From contig CAMVAF010000001.1 of assembly GCA_947165365.1 (NCBI GenBank), positions 17,133-81,132 of the forward strand: 64,000 nt of DNA. Direction: 5' to 3'. This DNA comes from an uncultured Clostridia bacterium. Lineage in GTDB: Bacteria; Bacillota_I; Bacilli_A; RF39; UBA660. The translations under genes and the position numbers were made by a program. The notes under the pieces were generated by a model. That model saw nothing but the letters and a program-made list of their open reading frames with translations. It had not been told where the DNA came from and made no database searches. Of this stretch, positions 28,237 to 37,096 are shown piece by piece (the stretch's first letter is position 1; every line of letters begins with the position of its first letter).

Positions 28237-29089
28237 TTTGCTCTGGAGGGAATAATTTTATTCCCTTATTTATATAATTTGGATATCCTGCAATCTTATC
28301 TTCAAATGTTAAAAATGCTTTATCTTTGATATCTCTTTTAACATATTTATGTATTGGATATGAGAATAAATCAGTTATTTCTAATCCTACATATGTTGAA
28401 CTATATTCTTCATTCCACTTCGGATTAAAATATACTCCATCAATTTTTGTTTTAAGTTCTCTTGAACTTATTTTTTTGGTTCCAGTTGTATTAATAACCT
28501 TACTAATATGATCTAATAGCTCTCTATCTTCATCTTTACCTCTTGCTTCAAGCATAATAACGCCTTTTTTATTGTTCTTTGTTTCATAAATATATCTTTC
28601 AAGTAAAAAGTCAAATGCCACATTATAAACATTATGAGTATATCCTCTTTTTAAATATTCGTAAAGATTAATGCTTATAGATATTACTTTACACTGAATA
28701 TCCTTCATTACATTAGATAAATCTACCATAAACTCATTATAATCAATTACATTGTCATTAAACGCACCATCATGTTTTCTAATATCACGTGAATGAAAAC
28801 ATACTGCACGATTACTTTTTGATTTAGAATCATAAAACATACCATCTTTCCAATATTTATTCTTTAATAACTCAATTGACTGCTTTGCATGTAAATAATT
28901 GGATTTTGTAAAAATACAGCCTGTAATCGTGAAATATTTATCATCTTCTGATAATTCTTTATCATTGGATATTTGCTTTAATACATACGTTAAATTACTA
29001 CTACTACCATTTTCATCAATACACATTGCATAATCTATATCTTTTCGCATTAATAATATTTTTGTAGGTTTATCATACCACGTTGACAT
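28232..29089 (-). CDS. DUF3800-family protein
   Basis: AMCIDENGSS (N-terminal DExG-type motif), CFHSRDIRKH, LEARGKDEDRELL and GLEITDLFSYPI match the conserved blocks I recall for DUF3800. Confidence 0.65.
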   Translation of the reverse strand: MSTWYDKPTKILLMRKDIDYAMCIDENGSSSNLTYVLKQISNDKELSEDDKYFTITGCIFTKSNYLHAKQSIELLKNKYWKDGMFYDSKSKSNRAVCFHSRDIRKHDGAFNDNVIDYNEFMVDLSNVMKDIQCKVISISINLYEYLKRGYTHNVYNVAFDFLLERYIYETKNNKKGVIMLEARGKDEDRELLDHISKVINTTGTKKISSRELKTKIDGVYFNPKWNEEYSSTYVGLEITDLFSYPIHKYVKRDIKDKAFLTFEDKIAGYPNYINKGIKLFPPEQK

Positions 29090-29217
29090 AAAATCACCTC
29101 TGTCATGTATAACAATTAATAAGATTATTTTATCACATAATAAAAGAAAACTCTATCATAATTGATAAAATTTACAGGTATTATTATATTTAATTTATAT
29201 TACAGGCAAAACCTTGC

Positions 29218-29233
29218 TGTGACCTAGCGGTCA
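29218..29233. repeat. TGTGACCTA copy embedded in the palindrome TGACC-tag-cGGTCA
   Basis: 29218-29226 matches the two copies at 26770-26789. It lies in the promoter region upstream of the DUF3800 gene. Confidence 0.75.
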
Positions 29234-29236
29234 TAT

Positions 29237-29267
29237 TACAAAAAAAGCAAATCTTCGGAAACCGTTG
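29237..29267. repeat. Conserved module right-end segment, copy 2
   Basis: See 26573-26601. Confidence 0.75.
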
Positions 29268-29282
29268 CTACATAAGGGTTTC

Positions 29283-29390
29283 AGACAAACAAAATGAGAG
29301 ATATCGTTTATAATATCTCTCTTCAGGGGGTTTTGGTTGAATACACCTTCCTAATATTTGAAGGTGCCTGTATGATATCTTCTACCATAC
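29283..29390 (-). ncRNA. Candidate ~105-nt small transcript downstream of recG that ends in hairpin core copy 3
   Basis: Minus-strand promoter: TTGACT (29420-29425), a 17-nt spacer, then TATGAT (29397-29402). The transcript has hairpins GUAUG..CAUAC and CACCUUC-aaauauuag-GAAGGUG, then CCCCCUGAA and the core terminator. Confidence 0.3.
29285..29330. repeat. Hairpin core repeat, copy 3
   Basis: ACAAACAAAATGAGAGATATCgtttataATATCTCTCTTCAGGGGG. Confidence 0.9.
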
Positions 29391-29454
29391 AAATAAATCA
29401 TAATATAATTTTTTCTATAAGTCAATTATTTTTTTAAAATTTTACAATATTTTT

Positions 29455-31452
29455 TTAATCAGTGTCAACCATCTCTAAAATTTTATTTTTTATTATCATA
29501 TTTTCTGGTTCATTTATCTTTAAAAATTCCTTTGCATCAACATTAGCATATTCTAGTATTTTAAAGTCTTCTCTTAAGTTTGCAATCTTAAAATACATAT
29601 CACCACTCTGTCTTGTACCAAATAAATCTCCACTACCTCTTAATTTAAAATCTTCTTCGGCTATTTTAAAGCCATCATTTGTTTCCTCTAATATTTTAAG
29701 TCTTTCGGTTTCTGATTTACTAATTAAAATACAAGTTGATTTTATATTACCTCGTCCTACTCTTCCTCTTAACTGATGTAGTGTTGATAATCCAAACATA
29801 TTAGCATCAAAAATAATCATCATACTAGCATTACTAACATCAACACCTACTTCAATAACAGTAGTACTAATTAAAATATTAATTTCATTATTTTTAAATT
29901 TATCCATAATATTATCTTTTTCTTTATTTGACATTTTACCATGCAACATATCTACTTTAACATTAACTTTACTAAAGGCTTTTTTAAACTCATCTTTTAA
30001 ATTAATAACACTAGTTAAATCACTTTCACCTTCATTTTCAATTAAAGGAGATACGACATATATTTGATGATTTTCTTTTAATTCTTCATACATTAAATTT
30101 AATACTTCACTTATCTGATCTTCTTTTCTAATTATTGTTTCTACAGGTATTCTTCCTTTTGGCATTTCTTTAATAATCGAAATATCCATATCACCATAAA
30201 TAGTTAAAGCAAAAGTACGAGGTATTGGTGTTGCACTCATATATAGTACATCAGGTGTAATCCCTTTATTTTTTAATAAAGCTCTTTGATTTACTCCAAA
30301 TCTATGTTGTTCATCAGTAACAACTAACCCTAAATTATAATATTTAACACTTTCTTGAATAATAGCATGTGTACCTATTAAAATGTCTATTTTATTATTA
30401 ATTAAATCACTATATATTTCTTCTTTTTCTTTTTTAGTTAAAGATCCAATAAGTAATCTTACAGTACATTTACCATCTAATATTTTAGATATATTATTAA
30501 AGTGTTGGGTTGCTAATATTTCTGTTGGTGCCATTAAAGCACTTTGATAACCTGATAATTTATTAAAATACATTGCAGCAATTGATACAATCGTTTTTCC
30601 ACTACCAACATCACCTTGAAGTAAGCGATTCATCATCTTATTAGAATTCATATCACTAACAATTTCTTCAATAACTTTCTCTTGATCATTTGTTAATTTA
30701 AATGGTAATAATTGATAAAAAGAATTAATATCATTTTTCGTAATTTTTCTTTCTATACCTAATTCTTTTTTCTTAATACTTTTTAAATAATTAATTTTTA
30801 CCATAAAACAAAATAATTCTTCATATTTCATTCTTTTAATCATTTCAGAAAGTTTTGTTTCATTAGGTGGATTATGAATAATATTCAAAGCAATATTTTT
30901 TTTAATATCAAATGGTGGATATTTATCTTTTAAATAATCTGGAATATAATCCATAATATCTTTACCATAATCCATAAGAGCATTATTAATATAGGTATGA
31001 ATATTTTTATTACTTAAACCACTTGTTAAATGATATACTGGTTCAATCTTTGTTTCATTATTTAATATTCCAAATTTAATATCACTAGCTGTTAAAATAT
31101 TTTTTTCTTTTTCATATTTACCAATAACAATAATTCTTGTTCCTACTTTTAAATTAGGTTTCATAAAAGCTCTATTAAAAATAGTTATTCCAACTACTCC
31201 ATCTTTATATGATAATCTAAAATTCATTTTATTAAGTTTAGCATTAAATCTTAATACAAGAGGAACACTATCAACTACACCATCAATTATTACACGATCT
31301 TCTATTGTTGCTTCGGATAAATCACTTCTTTTTAAAATATCATATCTTGATGGATAATATGTTAATAAATCTTCTATCGTATTTATTTCTAATTTATTTA
31401 ATAATAATTCTGATTTTGGACCTATTCCTTTAACATCTTTTAATTCTCTCAT
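29455..31452 (-). CDS. recG: ATP-dependent DNA helicase RecG
   Basis: Wedge/OB N-terminal domain, helicase motifs LLQGDVGSGKT, VTDEQHRFG and HGKM, and TTVIEVGVDV. The ORF-track start is 31473. ATG 31452 follows a GGAGTAG RBS. Confidence 0.92.
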   Translation of the reverse strand: MRELKDVKGIGPKSELLLNKLEINTIEDLLTYYPSRYDILKRSDLSEATIEDRVIIDGVVDSVPLVLRFNAKLNKMNFRLSYKDGVVGITIFNRAFMKPNLKVGTRIIVIGKYEKEKNILTASDIKFGILNNETKIEPVYHLTSGLSNKNIHTYINNALMDYGKDIMDYIPDYLKDKYPPFDIKKNIALNIIHNPPNETKLSEMIKRMKYEELFCFMVKINYLKSIKKKELGIERKITKNDINSFYQLLPFKLTNDQEKVIEEIVSDMNSNKMMNRLLQGDVGSGKTIVSIAAMYFNKLSGYQSALMAPTEILATQHFNNISKILDGKCTVRLLIGSLTKKEKEEIYSDLINNKIDILIGTHAIIQESVKYYNLGLVVTDEQHRFGVNQRALLKNKGITPDVLYMSATPIPRTFALTIYGDMDISIIKEMPKGRIPVETIIRKEDQISEVLNLMYEELKENHQIYVVSPLIENEGESDLTSVINLKDEFKKAFSKVNVKVDMLHGKMSNKEKDNIMDKFKNNEINILISTTVIEVGVDVSNASMMIIFDANMFGLSTLHQLRGRVGRGNIKSTCILISKSETERLKILEETNDGFKIAEEDFKLRGSGDLFGTRQSGDMYFKIANLREDFKILEYANVDAKEFLKINEPENMIIKNKILEMVDTD

Positions 31453-31544
31453 ATCTACTCCAAATATAAGCATATTATATCAAAAATTATCTTAAAAGTA
31501 AATTTAGTTGACAATAATCTTTAATCTATTTTTCTTTTTCACAA

Positions 31545-31572
31545 TAAAAAACCATTAGATTTTTTCTAATGA
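31545..31572 (-). terminator. Terminator downstream of the LRR surface protein gene
   Basis: A 7-bp stem (CATTAGA / TCTAATG) with a 5-nt loop, followed by a U-run on the minus strand. Confidence 0.5.
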
Positions 31573-31585
31573 TTTTTTTCATTAT

Positions 31586-33934
31586 TTATTCATTCTGACA
31601 AGCAACATTTGATTGATTATTAATAGTTACGTATTCATTAAATGCATCACAACTCCATGAAGTAATGGAACTTGGAAGGGTTACACTAGTTAAATCATTA
31701 CCTCCAAAGGCATTACTTTCTATTGTTGTTACACCATTTGGTATTATTAGATTACCTGTCAAATTATTATAATAAAAGGCAGAATCTCCTATTGTTCTAA
31801 CATTACTTCCAAGAGTTAATGACGAAACATTTTTTTCATAAAATATTCCAGATGGTATATTGGCCACATCTATCGATACACTATCAATTTCATAAACCTC
31901 AGCAAATGCATTTTTTGATAAATCAGTTACAGAATTAGGTATCGTAACATCAATATAATATGTTCCTGTAAATGCATCCCCATCTATTGTTGTGACATTA
32001 TATCCTTCTATAGTACTTGGAATTGCCACATTATATCCACATTGATTTTTATAAGATTGTATTGTTACAGTATTATTAGCAATACTATATGTATAACATC
32101 TAGCTGATCTTTCTTCTTGCGTTAAAGTAGGACAAGTTGTTCCTCCACCCTGATTTATTGTTACCCCATAATCAAATGAATTACTTTCATAATCCGTTGT
32201 CGAAGGTAAATCCACACATGTTAATAAGTTATCAGTAAAAGCATTTGACGCTATTTCGACAACATTATTGGGAATCGTTAATGATGTCAAAGCATTATAA
32301 GAAAATGCATACTGATCTATTGTTCTTACATGAGGTCCAAAAACTAGTGTTTTAATATTATTACCAAGAAATGCACCATAATTTATATTTACCATATCAA
32401 CATATACAGTTGAAAGGGGATTATATTCAAAAACAGGCTTGTCATCACCCATTGCCAAAACTACAACTGAACTTGGTATTGATACAGTGGTAATTTTATT
32501 ATTAGCAAATGCATCGCAATATATATATTCAACACCATTTGGTATTATTACGGAAGTTAATTTGTTTGTTGCAAATGCATCCGCAGAGATTACTCTAACA
32601 CTACTTGGTATCGAAATATCTGTCAATTGATTGTAGCCAAAAGCCCCCTGTCCTATATTTACAACTCCCTCAGGAATTGTTACCGATGTTAATTGATTAT
32701 AAGTGAATGAATCAAAATCTATCATTTTTATACTATTGGGTATTGCAACACTTATTAAACCTTTATCAAAAAAAGATTGATAACCTGTTTTAACAACATC
32801 TAAATTATTAATTTTCTTTGGTATAACCACATTAAGTCCACACGTTACCTCATCATAATCGGTTATTTCAATAACCGATCCACCATCGATAACTATATTA
32901 TTAGCTATAAAAAATGTTAATTCCTCGTTGGAAAAATTAGATGAATAGAGCCAATTTTGAAAATTTAAACCATACAACGTTCCTGTTCCGTCACAAAATG
33001 CTTCAAGTAATTCCGTATCTTCATCATTTATTTCTGACATTTTGCTGACACACATATTTTTTTGTTGACTTGTTGCATTATTATTATATAGATAATTTGT
33101 AAATGTACGTGTTGTAAAACAACTTGAATCTGTTGCATTCCATATTCCATCTGGTCCTTCTACCCAAATTCCTTCATTAGCTTCCACTTTTATTTGGAAA
33201 CTAAATCCATTTGATACTAAAGCATTCCATTCATCTGTTGTTACTACAACACGATCATTTGCCCAATCAGATGTTGTTCCATCAAGATATCCATCATTAT
33301 TTGTATCTGTTTCCTCACTTGGATATGTATCACTTATTGCTACTTTATCTTTATCAAAATATGCTTTTATTATAATATTTCCATCTACTCCAGTTTCTCC
33401 TGGTGCAATATATCCTACTAATAATTGACCATCTTCACTTATAGTATCTGTTTCTAGTATCTTATATATTGATGTATTTCCACCTCTATTGTCAAAGTAA
33501 TCTTCATTTGCTATTCCTAAATTAGTTACTGGATCATTTTCGGTATTATTAGAAACACTTACATCAACACTTATTGGAATATTTTTTTCATTATTACCAC
33601 TTCCTACAGTATTGTTTACTCCCACAGCACTAACAAGATACTCAATACCTCCTGTATATGTCGTATCTCCTAAAACATTAATTGTTACACTTCCCACATT
33701 ACTGTTATTATTAGGTACTCCATTAGATACATTTATTGGAAAAGCATTAGTTAAATTCATCGCTGTTCCTTCTTGATGATTAAAATATATTCTCCCTGTT
33801 CTTACTGTATTTGCTCCTCCTGTTCTTGTATAATTAAAAAAAGCATATGTTACTCCTACCACCACTATTATTATGATTACTATTCCCATAATCATTAATA
33901 ATATTTTTTTTTGATTACTTCTTTTTTCCATCAA
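31586..33934 (-). CDS. Membrane-anchored surface protein with BspA-type leucine-rich repeats
   Basis: N-terminal TM (ILLMIMGIVIIIIVVVGV). The C-terminal half has repeated IP..V..I...AF..N.LTSV units, for example IPSSVRVISADAFATNKLTSVIIPNGVEYIYCDAFANNKITTVSIP. Confidence 0.7.
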   Translation of the reverse strand: MMEKRSNQKKILLMIMGIVIIIIVVVGVTYAFFNYTRTGGANTVRTGRIYFNHQEGTAMNLTNAFPINVSNGVPNNNSNVGSVTINVLGDTTYTGGIEYLVSAVGVNNTVGSGNNEKNIPISVDVSVSNNTENDPVTNLGIANEDYFDNRGGNTSIYKILETDTISEDGQLLVGYIAPGETGVDGNIIIKAYFDKDKVAISDTYPSEETDTNNDGYLDGTTSDWANDRVVVTTDEWNALVSNGFSFQIKVEANEGIWVEGPDGIWNATDSSCFTTRTFTNYLYNNNATSQQKNMCVSKMSEINDEDTELLEAFCDGTGTLYGLNFQNWLYSSNFSNEELTFFIANNIVIDGGSVIEITDYDEVTCGLNVVIPKKINNLDVVKTGYQSFFDKGLISVAIPNSIKMIDFDSFTYNQLTSVTIPEGVVNIGQGAFGYNQLTDISIPSSVRVISADAFATNKLTSVIIPNGVEYIYCDAFANNKITTVSIPSSVVVLAMGDDKPVFEYNPLSTVYVDMVNINYGAFLGNNIKTLVFGPHVRTIDQYAFSYNALTSLTIPNNVVEIASNAFTDNLLTCVDLPSTTDYESNSFDYGVTINQGGGTTCPTLTQEERSARCYTYSIANNTVTIQSYKNQCGYNVAIPSTIEGYNVTTIDGDAFTGTYYIDVTIPNSVTDLSKNAFAEVYEIDSVSIDVANIPSGIFYEKNVSSLTLGSNVRTIGDSAFYYNNLTGNLIIPNGVTTIESNAFGGNDLTSVTLPSSITSWSCDAFNEYVTINNQSNVACQNE

Positions 33935-34040
33935 TTATCTCCTTTATTTTATGTTATATTAAAAATCTTATTATGTCAACATTTTACTGTTCTATTTCAC
34001 TGATATTTCACAAAAAAAAATATTAGAAATTCTAATATCT

Positions 34041-34652
34041 TTATAATACAAATAATCCTAAAATAATACCAATTAATGATATTAAACATACGGTTATATA
34101 AAACCAATTACCAGTATATTTTTTTATAGTAATTTTCGAAATATGTAAATATCCTACTAGAGGAACTAATAATGTATATACAAGTACAACATTAAAATCA
34201 CACACTTTTGTTAATAACCACACAATACCAAAAAAGAAAACACTCATTGGTACTGGAAGTCCCTTATATTCTTTAATCGCTTTATCTTTATCACTCATTG
34301 CAACATTAAAGTAAGCTAGTCTAATTATTCCACAAACTACATATAAAGCAAGAATAACTATTTGATACCAATTATTAAGACCATAGTGATATAGAGTTAA
34401 AGCAGGTATTGCTATAAAGCAAATAATATCTGATAGTGAATCAATTTCAACACCAAAGTTTTTTTCTTGCTCACTTCTATTTTTCATGCTCCTTGCTACT
34501 TTACCATCAAACATATCACAAACACAGGCTAAAATCATACCTAAAAAACTATAATCAACATTACCAGTTGTTAAAAATACTAAATAACCACCTACTGCTA
34601 GGAAAGAACCTAGGTAAGTAATATAAACTGATTTATTCCAATATCCTAACAT
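34041..34652 (-). CDS. pssA: CDP-alcohol phosphatidyltransferase, probably phosphatidylserine synthase
   Basis: DMFDGKVARSMKNRSEQEKNFGVEIDSLSD is the D-G-x2-A-R-x8-G-x3-D-x3-D motif. The protein is multi-TM. Confidence 0.7.
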   Translation of the reverse strand: MLGYWNKSVYITYLGSFLAVGGYLVFLTTGNVDYSFLGMILACVCDMFDGKVARSMKNRSEQEKNFGVEIDSLSDIICFIAIPALTLYHYGLNNWYQIVILALYVVCGIIRLAYFNVAMSDKDKAIKEYKGLPVPMSVFFFGIVWLLTKVCDFNVVLVYTLLVPLVGYLHISKITIKKYTGNWFYITVCLISLIGIILGLFVL

Positions 34653-34654
34653 AA

Positions 34655-35374
34655 CTACACTTCCAAATTATGATATACATCTGATACATCATCAATATCA
34701 TTTAGTAAATCAATTAAATTCATAACTTTTTCTGTTTTTTCATCATCTAAACTAATTTTGTTATCAGCAACATAAGTAATTTCACTAGTTAAAAATTCAG
34801 TAATTCCTTCATTTTCAAGGGATTCTTTAACTTGAATAAAATTACTAGGATCTGTGTATATCGTGTATACATCATCATCTTCCATTACATCATCTGCTTC
34901 ACTTGATATGGCAATATCCATAACCTTATCAAAATCATATTTCTTTTCAAGTTCAATAACACCACGTCTTTTAAACATATAACTTACACTACCATCAGTT
35001 CCTAAGTTTCCACCATGTTTAGTTAGAGTTGAACGAACTAACATTGCAGTTCTATTTTTATTATCCGTTAGACAATCAATCATGATAGCTACTCCACCTG
35101 GAGCGTAACCTTCATATCTAATAGATTCGAAATTAACATCTCCTCCGGCTCCCGTTGCTTTATCAATGGCTTTTTGGATATTATCTTTTGGCATATTATT
35201 ACTTCTTGCTTTTTCAACAACAGCACGAAGTGATGCATTACTTTCAATATCTCCATTAGTTCCTCTAGCTGCTACCATAATTTCTTTTGCTAATTTTTGA
35301 AATATTTTTCCTCTTTCAGCATCAATTAATCCTTTTTTACGATGAATTGTTGCCCATTTACTATGTCCACTCAT
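34655..35374 (-). CDS. yebC: YebC/PmpR-family transcriptional regulator
   Basis: MSGHSKWATIHRKKG... Confidence 0.92.
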   Translation of the reverse strand: MSGHSKWATIHRKKGLIDAERGKIFQKLAKEIMVAARGTNGDIESNASLRAVVEKARSNNMPKDNIQKAIDKATGAGGDVNFESIRYEGYAPGGVAIMIDCLTDNKNRTAMLVRSTLTKHGGNLGTDGSVSYMFKRRGVIELEKKYDFDKVMDIAISSEADDVMEDDDVYTIYTDPSNFIQVKESLENEGITEFLTSEITYVADNKISLDDEKTEKVMNLIDLLNDIDDVSDVYHNLEV

Positions 35375-35384
35375 AAATTCTCCT

Positions 35385-36080
35385 TTAACTTAAATAATTT
35401 ATTAATACTGGTCCTAAAATTAGAAGTAGAATAATTGGAATAAATAGTATTACCGATACTACACTAATTTTAAGTGGTATTTTGGATATCTGTGCTTTAG
35501 CTTCTAATACTTTTACTTCTCTTAAATAATCAAGTTGATTAACTAAAGTATCTAAAATATTATTTCCAAATAAATTAGATTCTCGAATATTTAAAATAAT
35601 ATTATTAATGGTATCACTTGGAATTCTTTCTTTAAGAGAAAGTAAAGATTCATCAAAACTTTTACCATATTTAATATCTTCTAACATTTTTCTAAATTCC
35701 ATTGATAATTCACTATCAATATTATCTGAAGTAACCTTAATTGCATTATAAAGATTATTCCCAGATTCTAGTGATAATGATAATATCTCAAAGAAATATA
35801 AAGCTTCATATTCTAACTTATGCCTTCTTTCGATAATTTTATTATCGAGAACTATCTTTGGTAAAAAGAAATAATATAAAAGTACGGTTATTGGTCCTAA
35901 AACATATCCCCAATCCACCAAATATATTATCATAAAAAAGATAATAATACTAGTAATTAGTCGTAAATTTAGAAAATTAATTGTCTTATCATATTCATCT
36001 ATTCCTAAAAGAAGCATTTTCTTTCTTATTAGTTCTCTGGAATATTTACTATATATTTTATTTGATATTTTCTCTTTCAT
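35385..36080 (-). CDS. tadC: Tad/type II secretion system F-family membrane protein (TadC position)
   Basis: It has T2SSF-like architecture (TM, soluble helical domain, C-terminal TMs) and follows the tadB-like gene with a 1-nt gap. Confidence 0.65.
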   Translation of the reverse strand: MKEKISNKIYSKYSRELIRKKMLLLGIDEYDKTINFLNLRLITSIIIFFMIIYLVDWGYVLGPITVLLYYFFLPKIVLDNKIIERRHKLEYEALYFFEILSLSLESGNNLYNAIKVTSDNIDSELSMEFRKMLEDIKYGKSFDESLLSLKERIPSDTINNIILNIRESNLFGNNILDTLVNQLDYLREVKVLEAKAQISKIPLKISVVSVILFIPIILLLILGPVLINYLS

Positions 36081-36081
36081 A

Positions 36082-37086
36082 TTAATACTCCTTTAACCTA
36101 ATAATTTTAGAAACAACAAAGATATATACAAGATACATAGCTACTATTAATAATATCACAATGATTCCTAAAGGATTTGATATTAATGGGTTAAAATATG
36201 TTGGATCTAGGAAATAAATAACAATACCTAATATAAAAGGAATAACAGTTAATATGTGATATAAAGCTTTTGATGCCTTAGTTAAGTTATTTAATTCATC
36301 TTGTAACTTTTTATTATTAAAGACCGTTTTTTCAATAGATGAGAATACTGATACAATATTACCACCCGTTTTATTTAAAATCATCAAAGATGTTGTAATA
36401 TACCCTACTTCCTTTAACTTAACTCTATTTTCAAATCTTTCAAAAACAGTTTCTAAATCAAGTCCATAATTTAAATCATGATACATTCTTTCAAATTCTT
36501 CTTTTAAAGGTCCATCAATTTCCTTATAAACTATTTCTATAGTTTCAATAATACTTCTCCCTGACTTGAAGGAATTATTCATAATCGTGATAGCTTTTAG
36601 TAAATCATTTTCCATTCTCTTTTTAACAAATTTTCTTCTACTTATTAAGAAGACATCTAAAGAGAAGAAACCTAAAATAAAGGCAATAATTATCTCAAAG
36701 AAAGTAATCGTATTATATTGAACAACATAACTAACTATTAAAATAATGACAACTAAAATTCCTAAGATAAATTTCGTTGATACAAAATCCATCTCTTCCA
36801 TATTAGATTTATTTTTATCAATAAATTTACTATATCCTTTAGAATATTTAACAAGTGTAGGACTTTTCTTTAATAATTTATTAAAGTTATTACGCCATTT
36901 TATAAAGATATTTCTTATCATATCAAATAAACTTTTATCATCATTTACTTTACTAATAGAATATTTTTTTAATCTTTTATTTAATTTTTCTTTTTTAGTT
37001 TCAAGATAAAACCAAATAAACGCTACTATTACCATTAATAAAATAATTAAATTAACCATAAATCTAATTACATTATAAAATGACAT
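36082..37086 (-). CDS. tadB: Tad/type II secretion system F-family membrane protein (TadB position)
   Basis: It has T2SSF-like architecture and sits immediately downstream of the CpaF-type ATPase gene. Confidence 0.65.
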   Translation of the reverse strand: MSFYNVIRFMVNLIILLMVIVAFIWFYLETKKEKLNKRLKKYSISKVNDDKSLFDMIRNIFIKWRNNFNKLLKKSPTLVKYSKGYSKFIDKNKSNMEEMDFVSTKFILGILVVIILIVSYVVQYNTITFFEIIIAFILGFFSLDVFLISRRKFVKKRMENDLLKAITIMNNSFKSGRSIIETIEIVYKEIDGPLKEEFERMYHDLNYGLDLETVFERFENRVKLKEVGYITTSLMILNKTGGNIVSVFSSIEKTVFNNKKLQDELNNLTKASKALYHILTVIPFILGIVIYFLDPTYFNPLISNPLGIIVILLIVAMYLVYIFVVSKIIRLKEY

Positions 37087-37096
37087 ATTATCCCTC

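Noticed and set aside
21848-29330. The three hairpin cores might be integron attC sites or Xer/dif sites (IMEX).
   Set aside because: No integron integrase or attI is nearby. The hairpin is a short perfect 9-bp stem without the bulged, two-box attC layout. The sequence does not resemble the Firmicute dif consensus as I recall it (…TATAATATATATTATGTAAACT). These specific models are rejected, but the repeat array itself is kept as a finding.
29331-29388. A 21-codon ORF (MVEDIIQAPSNIRKVYSTKTP, ending at the TGA inside CCCCCTGA) in the recG-proximal small transcript might be a type I toxin or leader peptide.
   Set aside because: It has no RBS, because the ATG would lie within a few nt of the predicted 5' end. 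The peptide is hydrophilic rather than membrane-toxin-like, and the equivalent frames at core copies 1 and 2 are not conserved.
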